Counted from the first letter of the whole stretch, positions 32,330-42,611 are shown. The stretch is 61,475 nucleotides of DNA, filler included, from 7 parts of 7 records of this genome joined end to end with filler, not necessarily neighbours in it, one strand, 5' to 3'. The notes: generated by a model from the letters alone, not told the origin. Program-made: numbers and translations.

Positions 32330-33343
32330 TTAGTTCTTGGCCTTGAAGGCTTTGATAAATTTCGGAATGACATCTTTCAGGTCACCGATAATACCGTAAT
32401 GCGCGATCTGGAAAATCGGTGCTTCAGGATCGGTGTTGATGGCAATGATCCTGGCCGATTCATCCATTCCCGCCCGGTGCTGTACAGAACCGGATATTCC
32501 GCAGGCAATATAAAGTTTTGGTCGAACGGTGGTTCCCGTCTGACCAACCTGATGATCTTTAGGGATCAATCCGGCATCTACCGCCGCGCGGGAAGCGCCA
32601 ACCTCGGCTCCCAGCGTATGGGCAAGATCATAAATCAACTGAAAGTTCTCTTTAGTCTCCACCCCGATACCGCCTGATACGATTACCTGAGCTCCTTTCA
32701 AGTTAACGCTTTTCTCTTCATTTATACGTTCCAGAATTACCGAAGGAAAGAGGGCATCATCAAGCTGTGGTGTAATGGCCGTAACTTTACCCTTGTAGGC
32801 GGGATCTGGTTCTGTCATTTTCATGACCCCTTCCCGCACAGTTGCCATTTGGGGCTTCTCCTCGGGAGAGACGATGGTGGCAATAATATTTCCGCCGAAT
32901 GCCGGTCGGATTTGGTAGAGAATATCTGTGTATTCAACACCGCGCAGAGTGTGGTCGCCAATCTGCAGATCGGTACAGTCAGCCGTCAATCCAACCTTCA
33001 GCTGGGACGCGATTCTGGGCCCCAGGTCTCTTCCGGTAGTTGTAGCACCATACAGCACGATCTGGGGCTGATTTTTCATAATCACATCAGCTACAACCTT
33101 TGTGTAGGGCAGTGGTGTATAGTGTTCAAGCCGATCATCTTCTACGATGTACAGCTCATCGATTCCGTACGGTATCAATTCCTTGGATTTTGCCTGGACA
33201 TCTCTGCCCACCAGCACTCCGGTAACAGAAGCTTTTACTCTGTCTGCCAGCTCGCGGGCTTTGCAGACTAGTTCGATACTTACTTCGGCTATGTGGCCGT
33301 CATCCTGCTGGATAAAGACCATAACGCTGTTTTTTGTACTCAC
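32330..33343 (-). CDS. etfA: Electron transfer flavoprotein alpha subunit
   Basis: GLTADCTDL, RPAFGGN, GASRAAVDAG, QVGQTG and GISGSVQH. Confidence 0.95.
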   Translation of the reverse strand: MSTKNSVMVFIQQDDGHIAEVSIELVCKARELADRVKASVTGVLVGRDVQAKSKELIPYGIDELYIVEDDRLEHYTPLPYTKVVADVIMKNQPQIVLYGATTTGRDLGPRIASQLKVGLTADCTDLQIGDHTLRGVEYTDILYQIRPAFGGNIIATIVSPEEKPQMATVREGVMKMTEPDPAYKGKVTAITPQLDDALFPSVILERINEEKSVNLKGAQVIVSGGIGVETKENFQLIYDLAHTLGAEVGASRAAVDAGLIPKDHQVGQTGTTVRPKLYIACGISGSVQHRAGMDESARIIAINTDPEAPIFQIAHYGIIGDLKDVIPKFIKAFKAKN

Positions 33344-33355
33344 GGTAAACTCCTT

Positions 33356-34237
33356 TTATCCAAGCGTGTGATCTACGATCAGGTCGTGCACCATACCCGA
33401 AATCGCGTTGTCTGTATTGTCTATCATACGGATATCACCGGATACCAGTACCACCGATTCAATATGTTTAACCTTTGTCGGAGAGCCTGCTAAACCACAG
33501 CTGTCCGGATCGGCCCCGATTGCGTTGATATCCCACAGGTTGATGGGCTGGTTCGTTTTTCGTTCAATGCCGGAATCGATATAGGATTCGTCATATTTTT
33601 CTTCGCTCATTTCCGCTGAAGCATTCTTATAGGTCATCACTTTAATGACTGATGGCGGCCGCGGATGATAACCTTCATCCGTAATGGTCAGCAGGACAGG
33701 GAAGGGAGCCTTTACCAGCTCAAATCCGCCCTCGATAGACCGTCTGGCAACCAGACTGCCTTTATCAGCATCAACATCCTCTATATTCGATACACACGTG
33801 ATCTGGTTTACTCCCAGCTTTTCAGCCGTCTGGGGTCCAACCTGCGCCGTATCACCATCAATCGCCTGACGTCCGCAGAACACGATATCGTAACTGCCGA
33901 TTTTTTCGATAGCACACTTCAGGGCATATGATGTCGCGAGTGTATCTGCTCCGGCAAACTTGCGGTCTGAAATAAGTGCAACGGAATCTGCTCCACGATA
34001 GAGCGACTCTTTCAGTACCTGAACGGCCGAAGGCGGTCCCATAGTGATAACGTGCACTTTAGTTCCTGGATGCGTGTCCTTCAGCCTGAGTGCGGCTTCA
34101 AGGGCATGCAGGTCTTCAGGATTGAAAATTGCCGGAAGGGCACCGCGGTTTACGGTCCCGTCTTCCTTCATGGCATCACCGGTAATATTCTGGGTATCGG
34201 GTACCTGTTTTACCAGCACTATAAGGGTAAGTCCCAT
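33356..34237 (-). CDS. etfB: Electron transfer flavoprotein beta subunit
   Basis: VKQVPDT, FAGADTLATS, GRQAIDGDTAQVGPQ and GLAGSPT. Confidence 0.95.
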   Translation of the reverse strand: MGLTLIVLVKQVPDTQNITGDAMKEDGTVNRGALPAIFNPEDLHALEAALRLKDTHPGTKVHVITMGPPSAVQVLKESLYRGADSVALISDRKFAGADTLATSYALKCAIEKIGSYDIVFCGRQAIDGDTAQVGPQTAEKLGVNQITCVSNIEDVDADKGSLVARRSIEGGFELVKAPFPVLLTITDEGYHPRPPSVIKVMTYKNASAEMSEEKYDESYIDSGIERKTNQPINLWDINAIGADPDSCGLAGSPTKVKHIESVVLVSGDIRMIDNTDNAISGMVHDLIVDHTLG

Positions 34238-34636
34238 CTGCTCCTCCTAAGATTACTACTGTTTCAATTTGTGTTGCGATGTCTGCCGCAGGTCTCTCCA
34301 TCCGGCATATATACCAATGATTTACTGCTGGATAGGGTGGACAAGGGCCATTCACCGCTTCAATGTATCACAAGATGGAAAGTTCATCAATTTTTTATGG
34401 ACAAAATCTGACTAATTTGTCAAGAAAAATCCGTGGAAAGAAAAATTTATAAATGAATTGTCAAAAATCATGCATTATACCCGCTTCAGATGGGTTAGGA
34501 AGGTGTTTCGGCAATGCTGTATTGAACCAGTCCGCCAAGCTGTTTCTGCTTTTCACAGAGCAGTGCGGACGAACCTGCCTTTCAACAGTAGGCCGCGAAG
34601 ACCAAGCCAGCTACTCCATCGTCGGCGAAGATCACA

Positions 34637-34974
34637 TCATATTTCATCTTCCAGACCTGTCAGTTCCAGGCTTTTCTGCCAAACCACCTTGCCTACGCTC
34701 CTGTCCAGAGCATGCGGCGCTGGTTTTTCCGGATAGGTGAGGTTAAAGAACAACCCGCTAGTCGTCTCCATTTGCGGCTCAGCCGCCAGGTAGAAAGTGA
34801 TTTCCCCGAAACTTCCGCCTCTTTCAGGGTTGGCCAGACCACGGTATGCAGATACCAGTTGTAGAGCCGACCGTTATTGCTGCCAATATTGGACTTTACT
34901 GCTCCGGGGTGCATGGCGTTGATAGTGATGCCGGAACCCATCAACTTGTCGGCAAATTCCCAGACTGTCAGCAG
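34637..34974 (-). CDS. SDR-family oxidoreductase C-terminal fragment (contig end, internal frameshift)
   Basis: GITINAMHPGAVKSNIG, then in a shifted frame YLAAEPQMETTSGLFF..VWQKSLELTGL. Confidence 0.7.
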
Positions 34975-35074
34975 NNNNNNNNNNNNNNNNNNNNNNNNNN
35001 NNNNNNNNNNNNNNNNNNTTAATTAATTAANNNNNNNNNNNNNNNNNNNNNNNNNNNNNNNNNNNNNNNNNNNN
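34975..35074. other. Artificial contig spacer
   Basis: N44-TTAATTAATTAA-N44. Confidence 0.98.
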
Positions 35075-35817
35075 CCCTTAGGTTAAAACGAACTGCGATC
35101 TGAAAGTAGGTCTTTATGCTACCCAATTTAATTTTGCAAGCGCTTTTCGCAATCAAATGAAAAGAAAATTTTCAGAATGGATTTGGTAACGTTGTTACTT
35201 TTTCTGCAAGTACAAAATATTTCCCGCTTCCCTCTTTTTGCAAGAGAAAAGGGTGGAAAGTAAAGGCTAAAAAAACATATAAAAACATATCCTTAAGGTA
35301 CTTTCGTTGTTGGTATCGGACTTGCTGAACATCTTCGATAGTTCGTATTTCTTTTTAGCACACCTGGCCGGAGGAATCTGTGAGACAGATATCGATTTTG
35401 TTCTTTTTTGCACGGTTTGCCTTGATATAGGCCTATGGGGCGGAGAAGATGGGGAGACGGTAACCTCTCCAATAGGAAGATTCGGGTAGCAGCGCCGACG
35501 GCCAGGCCAATCCGGTGTGCATGGATGCTGAGGCAAATGAGCTGTGGCGCTACAATTTCACCCCTGACAAGTCGATCATGTTCGCTTCGGAGGTTTTGGC
35601 AGCCGATGGCGTCCCGCTGTAAGATATCCCTCTGCCCAATCCGGGCCACAAAGGCAACTGAAGCTCAATAATCCCCTCTCCTGTGGTAGTATTCAGCTAC
35701 CATCAAACCGGCATCCGACCCTCATTGCACTCCAGTCAATCGTTCCTAACTTACATGTCAAGAACGGAGCGAAACACCAAATTAAAACCATAAATGATAA
35801 AATTTAGGAGGTTCATC

Positions 35818-35958
35818 ATGGCTGACCATACACAAGATTACTTTGAGACAGAGAACGAACGTGAAGAAGGACATGTAGATACCCGCAGCGACAATTTCGA
35901 GTGTGAGAACAAAGATCCTAACCTGGGCTGCAACCTCGGTATCGATGTAGCCGGTTAA
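35818..35958 (+). CDS. Unannotated 46-aa acidic peptide with two Cys
   Basis: AGGAGG RBS 6 nt before ATG. Sequence MADHTQDYFETENEREEGHVDTRSDNFECENKDPNLGCNLGIDVAG*. A terminator follows. Confidence 0.75.
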   Translation: MADHTQDYFETENEREEGHVDTRSDNFECENKDPNLGCNLGIDVAG

Positions 35959-36012
35959 TGTAAATGGCAGGACTTCGATGATACGAGGCGAAAAAAATAG
36001 TGAGTCTCATTC

Positions 36013-36048
36013 AAAAGGCAGGGCCTCTAACGAGGTCCTGCCTTTTTT
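36013..36048 (+). terminator. Rho-independent terminator
   Basis: AAAAGGCAGGGCCTC-TAAC-GAGGTCCTGCCTTTTTT. Confidence 0.88.
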
Positions 36049-36360
36049 GTTTTTTTCAAACGGCCTCTCGGTCATGCGGAATCTCAGCCAAACAGGGCCG
36101 CAGATAGATCTCGCCGTTGAAACATTCCGCTCAAGGGGTCAACACCAATGTACTGACACTGAAAGGGGGCATGGCGTATTGGAATGCGTTGGTTAAAAGG
36201 ATATCGTTCCGGCCGGCCGATTGGGGTGAGGAGGTGGTATCGGTCAGGACGCACAAAAGCATTCTGCTATTTTGAAGAAATTTCTTTCGCAGCATCTCAA
36301 TTTCGACGCTGCTGTTTCGACGGCCGATCGCTCTCTTCTTTCTCATCTTTGCGTTCATTT

Positions 36361-37501
36361 CTATTCCGTGTGTTCGAAGGCGCCGATGTCGGAGATTGAA
36401 TCGGCCGATCTGTCTTCGTGTTGCAGGTGCCTGACATACTGATACTCGACCGGATAGTTCTCCACTGCGGTCGGCAGCGCTCCCGCTTCGCCATCCGCAT
36501 CGGAACCCGCTGCCAGGTGATAATCCTGCCCGCCCGTATCGACAAAGCCGGGATCATCTCCTTCGACATTACCCAGGTCGTTGACCGACGCGCCGGGGTC
36601 AAGGTTGGACTCATGGGTGTTTCGCCATCCGGTTGGCAGCCAGTTGTCCGTCAGATAAGTTTGGCCACGGCCGCTGGTGATTGCCAGGCTGGTGCCCCCG
36701 GCCGTCGCGAAGATGATATTGTTGAACACCTCGGCCCGGACAGGGTTGGTGGCCAGCCGCATGAGGGTGGTGCTGTCGGTCCGTGTCGACACCACGGTGT
36801 TGTGATAGAAGTATAGGGTGCCCTCGCGGTAAAGCTCGTCATCATTTGGATCGTCGCCGCCATAGTGCAGGATCTGGCTGTTGCCGGTGCCGTCGTGCTC
36901 CACCAGAACGTTACCGTAAACAAAGGTCTCGTCGTATCCCGGATCGCTTGCGATGGTGTCATAATCGGTCTCGACCAGGTCGAGCTGCCGGTTCCCCGAT
37001 TCGATCCAGTTGTAGCGGATGACGGTGCCCGACGATTTTGATAATCGATCTCACCTCGTTCCAGTAATCCAACGCCTGGCGTGTGGTGGCCTGGTCGCCG
37101 CTGATGATCGGACGGTTGCCACTGCCGGCCACACCCAGAACGACGACCGGATCATCTGCCGTGGCAGCCACATTGATCACCCATTTGGTGCGATAGGGGG
37201 TGTCTCGGTGGTAAATCATTACCAGGGATGACGGCTGCAGGTCCTCCCAGGGAACCTCATTGGGGTCGGCATAAGTGCGTCCGGGCCCCACCTCGTATAC
37301 ATGGTCGAAATCGGCCGGGTCCCACTCGTAGATCGGTGCCGATGGCGTTCCAGCGGCAGGTGTTTCTCCCGTACCGCCAGCCGGGGTCTCTTCACCCTGA
37401 TCACTTTCCGGGTCGGTGCCACTCCCCCCGCAGGCCGTCAGCAGGAAAACTGCCAGTACCGCAATGCAGATCAAACCGTAGATTGAGCCGAATCGTTTCA
37501 T
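36361..37501 (-). pseudogene. Right-handed beta-helix (pectate-lyase-like fold) lipoprotein, disrupted near 37030
   Basis: ATG 37501 gives MKRFGSIYGLICIAVLAVFLLTAC (lipobox) and YEVGPG. The frame changes from RSIIKI to GTVIRYNWIESGNRQLDLV..YGNVL..YHNTVV..FNNII, ending with DYHL..DIGAFE. Confidence 0.7.
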
Positions 37502-37834
37502 TTTGCAGATGCCTGCCGGAATCATCGCCATTCTCCCTCTGTTGTGGTCGCGTCGGTTGACCAGCTGCATCACCCAAGAGGTGCACAACGGGTTCAATTC
37601 CTGTTCACTCAATGGATTGGGGGTGAGATATCACTGCATCGCTGTTGAACAGCAAGATGAATGCCATTCGGGGGAGGTGAGTCGGCGCGGATCGGAGAGG
37701 TTGTGGATGTGTTTTTAACTATCAGAATTAATTATGTTTAACTGTTTCTGGTGGGCAAAGGGGATGCCCCGGAGCGTCGGATGCATACAACGAATGGCGA
37801 AGGGCTGTTACCAATACTGCACACGGGGCCGCTC

Positions 37835-38044
37835 TTATCGCACCTCGATCTCGTGTCCTTCAAACGATACGACTTGGCCGCTCCTGATTTTGCAGCGTTT
37901 GCGAAGCTCCGTGCGGCCATCGACCTGGACCAGTCCATCGCTGGTGACATTTTTGGCCATTCCGCCGGTATCGCAGAGACCGGTGACCTTAAGGAGTTTG
38001 ATCAGCTCGATATATTCATGTTGAAGCTCAAAGGTGGTTTTCAT
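37835..38044 (-). CDS. Stand-alone S4-domain RNA-binding protein (YbcJ/YaaA-like)
   Basis: YIELIKLLKVTGLCDTGGMAK..GLVQVDGRTELRKRCKIRSGQVV. Confidence 0.9.
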   Translation of the reverse strand: MKTTFELQHEYIELIKLLKVTGLCDTGGMAKNVTSDGLVQVDGRTELRKRCKIRSGQVVSFEGHEIEVR

Positions 38045-38052
38045 GACGCGTC

Positions 38053-39006
38053 CTAATGGTCCTTCCCGGGCCTGAATCTCTGTTGCTCAACGGTTTCGCA
38101 GATAAAGCGATCCCAGAAATCTCTCTCCGGTCTGTCGGGCAGGTCGCTCTTTTCTATCAGCAGCGCCACTTCATCCATCAACTGTTCCAGGACCTGCGCC
38201 ACCTCATTAATGTAATCAAGTCGTCCCTGCTTTACTTCCATTAAAAAGGGGGCATCGCGCAGGGGATAGGTGATCGTCCCCTCGATCAACATCTCCCGGG
38301 TCTGGATGGCCGCCCGCAGGGCGTGAGACACGGCTTTCCAGTCGATCTCCCTGTTTTCCGCGGCCAGCTTGGCCCGTTGGCCGTACGCATCGTAGAACTT
38401 CTGTAAAATGGGCACCACCTGGCCGATAGCCACCGACTCCTGGAACGCTTTGCCGCACACCTGGTATTGTTTTATGTCGCCGGGGGCCGAATCGATTACG
38501 CCGCAATGCACCATGTGCGGCAGTTCGTTCCAGATATCTCTCAGTTTCTGTTTCGGGTTCTTCTCCTCGAGCAGCTTAATCACTTTGGCGGCGGCATGCA
38601 GCCTCGACCCCTTTATGCCGTATTTGCTCGTCTGGCGCCTGGCGTAGATCAGGAAAGTGTCCAGCCTTTTGGAGTAGAAACGATGACGTTGTCGTATAAT
38701 TTTACGCCAGATGTCGGACGAATCCGTCCATGCATCCGGTGGGGCGTGCAGCATGTCCATGGCCGCTATCTCTCCCCGGCAGGCCAGATCGATGAAGTGG
38801 TGCAGGCTGTATATCTCTTCGTCCACGTCCCGGGCCGTGTTCTTCGAGACGTTGTCACCGGTGGTGTGGCTCCGGCATTTGGGGATATCCCCCAGTAGGA
38901 TCTCCTCCCTGGAGGGCAGAAAAACGCCCCGGTAGTCGATATCCGACCGGTCGTTGGCTGTCCCGTAGAGATGGGCGCCGAATTTCATCCTTACAACCAG
39001 ATCCAT
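38053..39006 (-). CDS. DNA pol beta-superfamily nucleotidyltransferase (RlaP/PF10127-like, phage T4 NrdC.11-type)
   Basis: FGAHLYGT..SDIDYRGVFLP catalytic motif, plus SKYGIKGSRL, IDWKAVSHA and YPLRDAPF, recalled as shared with T4 NrdC.11. Confidence 0.85.
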   Translation of the reverse strand: MDLVVRMKFGAHLYGTANDRSDIDYRGVFLPSREEILLGDIPKCRSHTTGDNVSKNTARDVDEEIYSLHHFIDLACRGEIAAMDMLHAPPDAWTDSSDIWRKIIRQRHRFYSKRLDTFLIYARRQTSKYGIKGSRLHAAAKVIKLLEEKNPKQKLRDIWNELPHMVHCGVIDSAPGDIKQYQVCGKAFQESVAIGQVVPILQKFYDAYGQRAKLAAENREIDWKAVSHALRAAIQTREMLIEGTITYPLRDAPFLMEVKQGRLDYINEVAQVLEQLMDEVALLIEKSDLPDRPERDFWDRFICETVEQQRFRPGKDH

Positions 39007-39139
39007 CTTTTATCCAGTTCGTTTAAAAGGTCGCCAAAGAGCCATGATGCGCCATATGCCGGCCAAGGCATATTGTTGAGATAGATTCTTACGCAACAAA
39101 TCGGATGATATCAAGTTGTACATCCGCTTTCATATCGAT

Positions 39140-40207
39140 TCATACCCTGTCTCGGAATTCGGATTTTGGCTTGAGATGGCCATCGGTGATCTGTTTGTAA
39201 GCATGAAGAAAGCTTTGGACAGCCTCATGAGGTGTGGCCCACGAGGTCACCAGACGAACGGCTGAGTGTTTTTTATCCACTTTGGCCCAGGTGTAGAATT
39301 GAAACTGACCCGACAACACCTCGATGACGTCGTTTTTCATTATGGGAAAAATCTGATTCGTTGGAGAGTCGATCCAGAAGGCGCAGCCCTCTTTTTTAAG
39401 CGTCTGGGCCAGAAACTGCGCGGTGTCATTCGCATGCCGGGCGAGATCGAAATAGAGGTCGTCTCTGAACAGCTCTTCAAACTGGATGCCCAATATCCGG
39501 CCTTTTGCCAGCAGGCCTCCCCTCTGTTTGATGAGATAGCGGTACTCTTGCTTTAAGTCGACATCGCTGAGCACCAACGCTTCGCCGAGCAGTGCGCCGA
39601 TTTTCGTGCCGCCGATGAAGAAGGCATCTGTCAGCGCATACATGTCCCTGAGCGTCACATCGGCATTTGTTGCGACAAGGGCGGATCCAAGGCGGGCACC
39701 ATCGGCATAAAGCAACAGATCTTTATTGCGGCAGTAATCATGCAGTGCTTTTAGCTCGATTTTAGAATATATGGTTCCCAACTCAGTGGGATTGGAGATG
39801 TAAACCAGTTTGGGCTTCACCATGTGTTCAAAATGGTGCTCCACCAGGACCGGCTCTATGAGCGCAGGGGTTAGCTTGCCGCCACGGGCTTCTACATTGA
39901 GCAATTTGTGTCCTGTGGCTTCGATGGCACCCGCCTCATGGGTTGAAACGTGGCCGGTGCCTGCTGCAATGCAGGCTTCGTGCGGTCTTAAAAAGGCACT
40001 GATGGCGATCAGATTGGTTTGAGTCCCTCCTGAAAGCAGGTGCACTTCGGCTTCGGGTGCTTCCATGAGGTTTCTGATGATGGTGACCGCGTTGAGGGTA
40101 TGCCGGTCCAGGCCATAGCCCTCCGCCTGCTGCAGGTTGTATTTTGACAACGCTTTCAGAATGTTTGGATGTGCACCTTCGCTATAATCATTTTGGAAAC
40201 TATACAT
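39140..40207 (-). CDS. Low-specificity L-threonine aldolase family PLP enzyme
   Basis: FQNDYSEGAHP, GGTQTN, HEAGAIE, DGARLG, GGTK and RLVTSWAT. Confidence 0.92.
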   Translation of the reverse strand: MYSFQNDYSEGAHPNILKALSKYNLQQAEGYGLDRHTLNAVTIIRNLMEAPEAEVHLLSGGTQTNLIAISAFLRPHEACIAAGTGHVSTHEAGAIEATGHKLLNVEARGGKLTPALIEPVLVEHHFEHMVKPKLVYISNPTELGTIYSKIELKALHDYCRNKDLLLYADGARLGSALVATNADVTLRDMYALTDAFFIGGTKIGALLGEALVLSDVDLKQEYRYLIKQRGGLLAKGRILGIQFEELFRDDLYFDLARHANDTAQFLAQTLKKEGCAFWIDSPTNQIFPIMKNDVIEVLSGQFQFYTWAKVDKKHSAVRLVTSWATPHEAVQSFLHAYKQITDGHLKPKSEFRDRV

Positions 40208-40414
40208 CTCTCACCCTTTCGGCAAAGGCCTTGGCTTTTAGGAAGAACTTATCTCAAAAAAGGCTTTTGGCCAATACTCCAGTCTCAGGCGGGAATGAAA
40301 CGGAAACCCGCCGCGATCCTGGACCAGAGTTCGTTTTTGGGGACCGGGTCCATGTAAGGTAGAAAGGGGGAAGTGCTATCGCTTAAGTCTCGTACAAAGG
40401 GACGGCTCAGCTTT

Positions 40415-41242
40415 TTACAGATCATCATTTATTCGTTCCAGGAATTCAGCGATGTCTTTCCAGTACGTTTCCCATACCGGCGGCCCGTCACTGTGCCCAC
40501 ATTCGTAAAGAATCAACTGAGCCTCCGGAATCTGTTTTTTCATCTCGAGGGCATGACGGACGGGAACCACATCGTCCCTGGTGCCGTGGATGATGAGAAT
40601 CGGACCTTCGTAGTCTGACAAAGCGGAAAGGGTATCGTAGTTGTCCGACAGCAGTATATCCGGTGCGCCATGGGCCATCGCCTTGATCGATAGAAATGTC
40701 GATTCCACAATGATGGCGGCCGGTGGCCGCTGCCGGGCAAGCTCACTCAATACAGCACCCCCCAATGAGCGTCCATGAAACACAATGCGAGCGGGATCTA
40801 CGATCGGCAGTGAAAATAATTGATCATAGAATTTTTTAAAATCAGATGCGATCCGTTCACGGCTGGGGGAACCGGCGCTTCGCCCGTATCCACGATACTC
40901 GCCCAACAGTACTGTGAACCCCATCTGCTGGTAGCCGCTGGCCCGGTTCAGATAGAAATCGATCAATTCACGATTCCCATGGGCCATCAACACCGCCGGC
41001 CCGGGGTGGGCAGGATCATCCCCGTTACCCTCCAACAGCCACCCCTCCACATCACCCTGCTCCGTTTTCAGCCAGAACCGTTTCAGATCGGTTGCACCTT
41101 CAGGGAAAACGGGGATCGATTCAATTTTGTGCGGTTGAAACACCAAGCGGCGGACGGGATGCGTACAAGCGCCCAAGATGCAAATAGAGATCAGCAGCAG
41201 GATTGGCAATCGTCTCTGGATGTTGTTCTTGAATTCAGCCAT
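40415..41242 (-). CDS. Alpha/beta hydrolase (ABHD13/Bem46-like), probable lipoprotein
   Basis: LGAC lipobox, HGNRE, EYRGYGRS, GRSLGG nucleophile and HGTRDDVVP. Confidence 0.88.
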   Translation of the reverse strand: MAEFKNNIQRRLPILLLISICILGACTHPVRRLVFQPHKIESIPVFPEGATDLKRFWLKTEQGDVEGWLLEGNGDDPAHPGPAVLMAHGNRELIDFYLNRASGYQQMGFTVLLGEYRGYGRSAGSPSRERIASDFKKFYDQLFSLPIVDPARIVFHGRSLGGAVLSELARQRPPAAIIVESTFLSIKAMAHGAPDILLSDNYDTLSALSDYEGPILIIHGTRDDVVPVRHALEMKKQIPEAQLILYECGHSDGPPVWETYWKDIAEFLERINDDL

Positions 41243-41434
41243 CGATCGTTTCCTTCAAGATAACCAAACGTACACAAGCTCCGGTTTGGATTGCAACTGC
41301 CCCTTCGTGAAAATCCCGTGATTGATGTGCCCCTCCTGGTATGATAGCAATTAACTCAGCTCTACGGATTCTTCTTTGCTGCGCTCTTGCACCGTAATCA
41401 TTTTGGCCCATCTACCAAATCAAGGTAGACATGT

Positions 41435-41534
41435 NNNNNNNNNNNNNNNNNNNNNNNNNNNNNNNNNNNNNNNNNNNNTTAATTAATTAANNNNNNNNNN
41501 NNNNNNNNNNNNNNNNNNNNNNNNNNNNNNNNNN
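41435..41534. other. Artificial contig spacer
   Basis: N44-TTAATTAATTAA-N44. Confidence 0.98.
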
Positions 41535-41581
41535 TCCCAAATTGAAATTTGGGACGCAACTAGCACGAGAAGCTGTGCTTC
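41535..41581. repeat. REP-like palindromic element (partial) at the contig start
   Basis: TCCCAAATT-GA-AATTTGGGA followed by GAAGC-TGT-GCTTC. Confidence 0.55.
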
Positions 41582-41747
41582 ATTTGTCAACGAAAGAAGA
41601 TAACCACTCGCATAATATCCTGTACCTGTATGAAAAAATCGATTTTATGTGTATGTCTATCATGACAAAGCAAAGCTATTATTACTAGTTCCAGGCGATT
41701 AATAAAAGCCAAGTCAGAATATTAAGGATAGCGGAAAGGAGTCCTGA

Positions 41748-42611
41748 ATGGACCTGTTTGTAAATGGGGAAAAAATTGAACAAGATGATATTACCGCAGA
41801 GGTTGAGCGCTTAAAACCGGATTATCAGGCCTGTTTTACTGATCAGACACCGGAAGAGCAGGAAATCCAGCTTTTGCAATGGTCAAAAGAAAATGTGTTA
41901 GAACGTGTGTTATTGAGTCAGGCTGCTAAAAAAGATCCCCGAACAGTGGCAGCTGACAAAATAGACCAGGCTTTTCAGGCATTACTGGAAAGCTATGGAG
42001 GAGAAGAAGAGTTTTACAAAAACACCCATACAAAACCAGAAGATCAGGAGCAAATCAAAGCGGATCTGGAATTACAGATGCGTATTGAAAGACTTGTTGA
42101 AGAACAGTGCAAAGACCTGCCTACTCCTGATGAAGAACAGGCACGAACATTTTACCAGCAAAACAAAGACCAGTTCATTACTCCGGAACAGGTTCGGGCA
42201 GCTCATATTGTCAAACATGTCGACGAGGCTACTAGTCCGGAAGAGGCACACAAGGCCATATTAAAGGTCCAGAAGGATTTAAAAGCCGGCAAAAGTTTTG
42301 AACAATTGGCGGATGAAAATTCCGATTGTCCCGGTAATGGTGGTGATTTAGGCTTCTTCCCCAGAGGCGAAATGGTACAGGAATTTGAAGATGTCGTCTT
42401 TTCCATGGAAAAGGGCCAGATCAGCGATATCATTGAAACAAATTTCGGCTACCACATCGCCAAACTCTACGACAAACTCCCGGTCAGAGCCGTTCCTTTT
42501 GACAAGGTCAAAGAAAAAATAATAGAACGGCTTGTCGAAGAACAGAAAACAAAGAAAATTGAAGATTACCTCGATGCGTTGAAGGAAAAGGCGGTTATTG
42601 AGGAAAAGTAG
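41748..42611 (+). CDS. Parvulin (PpiC-type) peptidyl-prolyl isomerase with a helical SurA/PrsA-like N-terminal domain
   Basis: VRAAHIV, FEQLADENSD, GGDLGFFPRGEMVQEFE and ETNFGYHI; RBS AAGGAG. Confidence 0.92.
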   Translation: MDLFVNGEKIEQDDITAEVERLKPDYQACFTDQTPEEQEIQLLQWSKENVLERVLLSQAAKKDPRTVAADKIDQAFQALLESYGGEEEFYKNTHTKPEDQEQIKADLELQMRIERLVEEQCKDLPTPDEEQARTFYQQNKDQFITPEQVRAAHIVKHVDEATSPEEAHKAILKVQKDLKAGKSFEQLADENSDCPGNGGDLGFFPRGEMVQEFEDVVFSMEKGQISDIIETNFGYHIAKLYDKLPVRAVPFDKVKEKIIERLVEEQKTKKIEDYLDALKEKAVIEEK

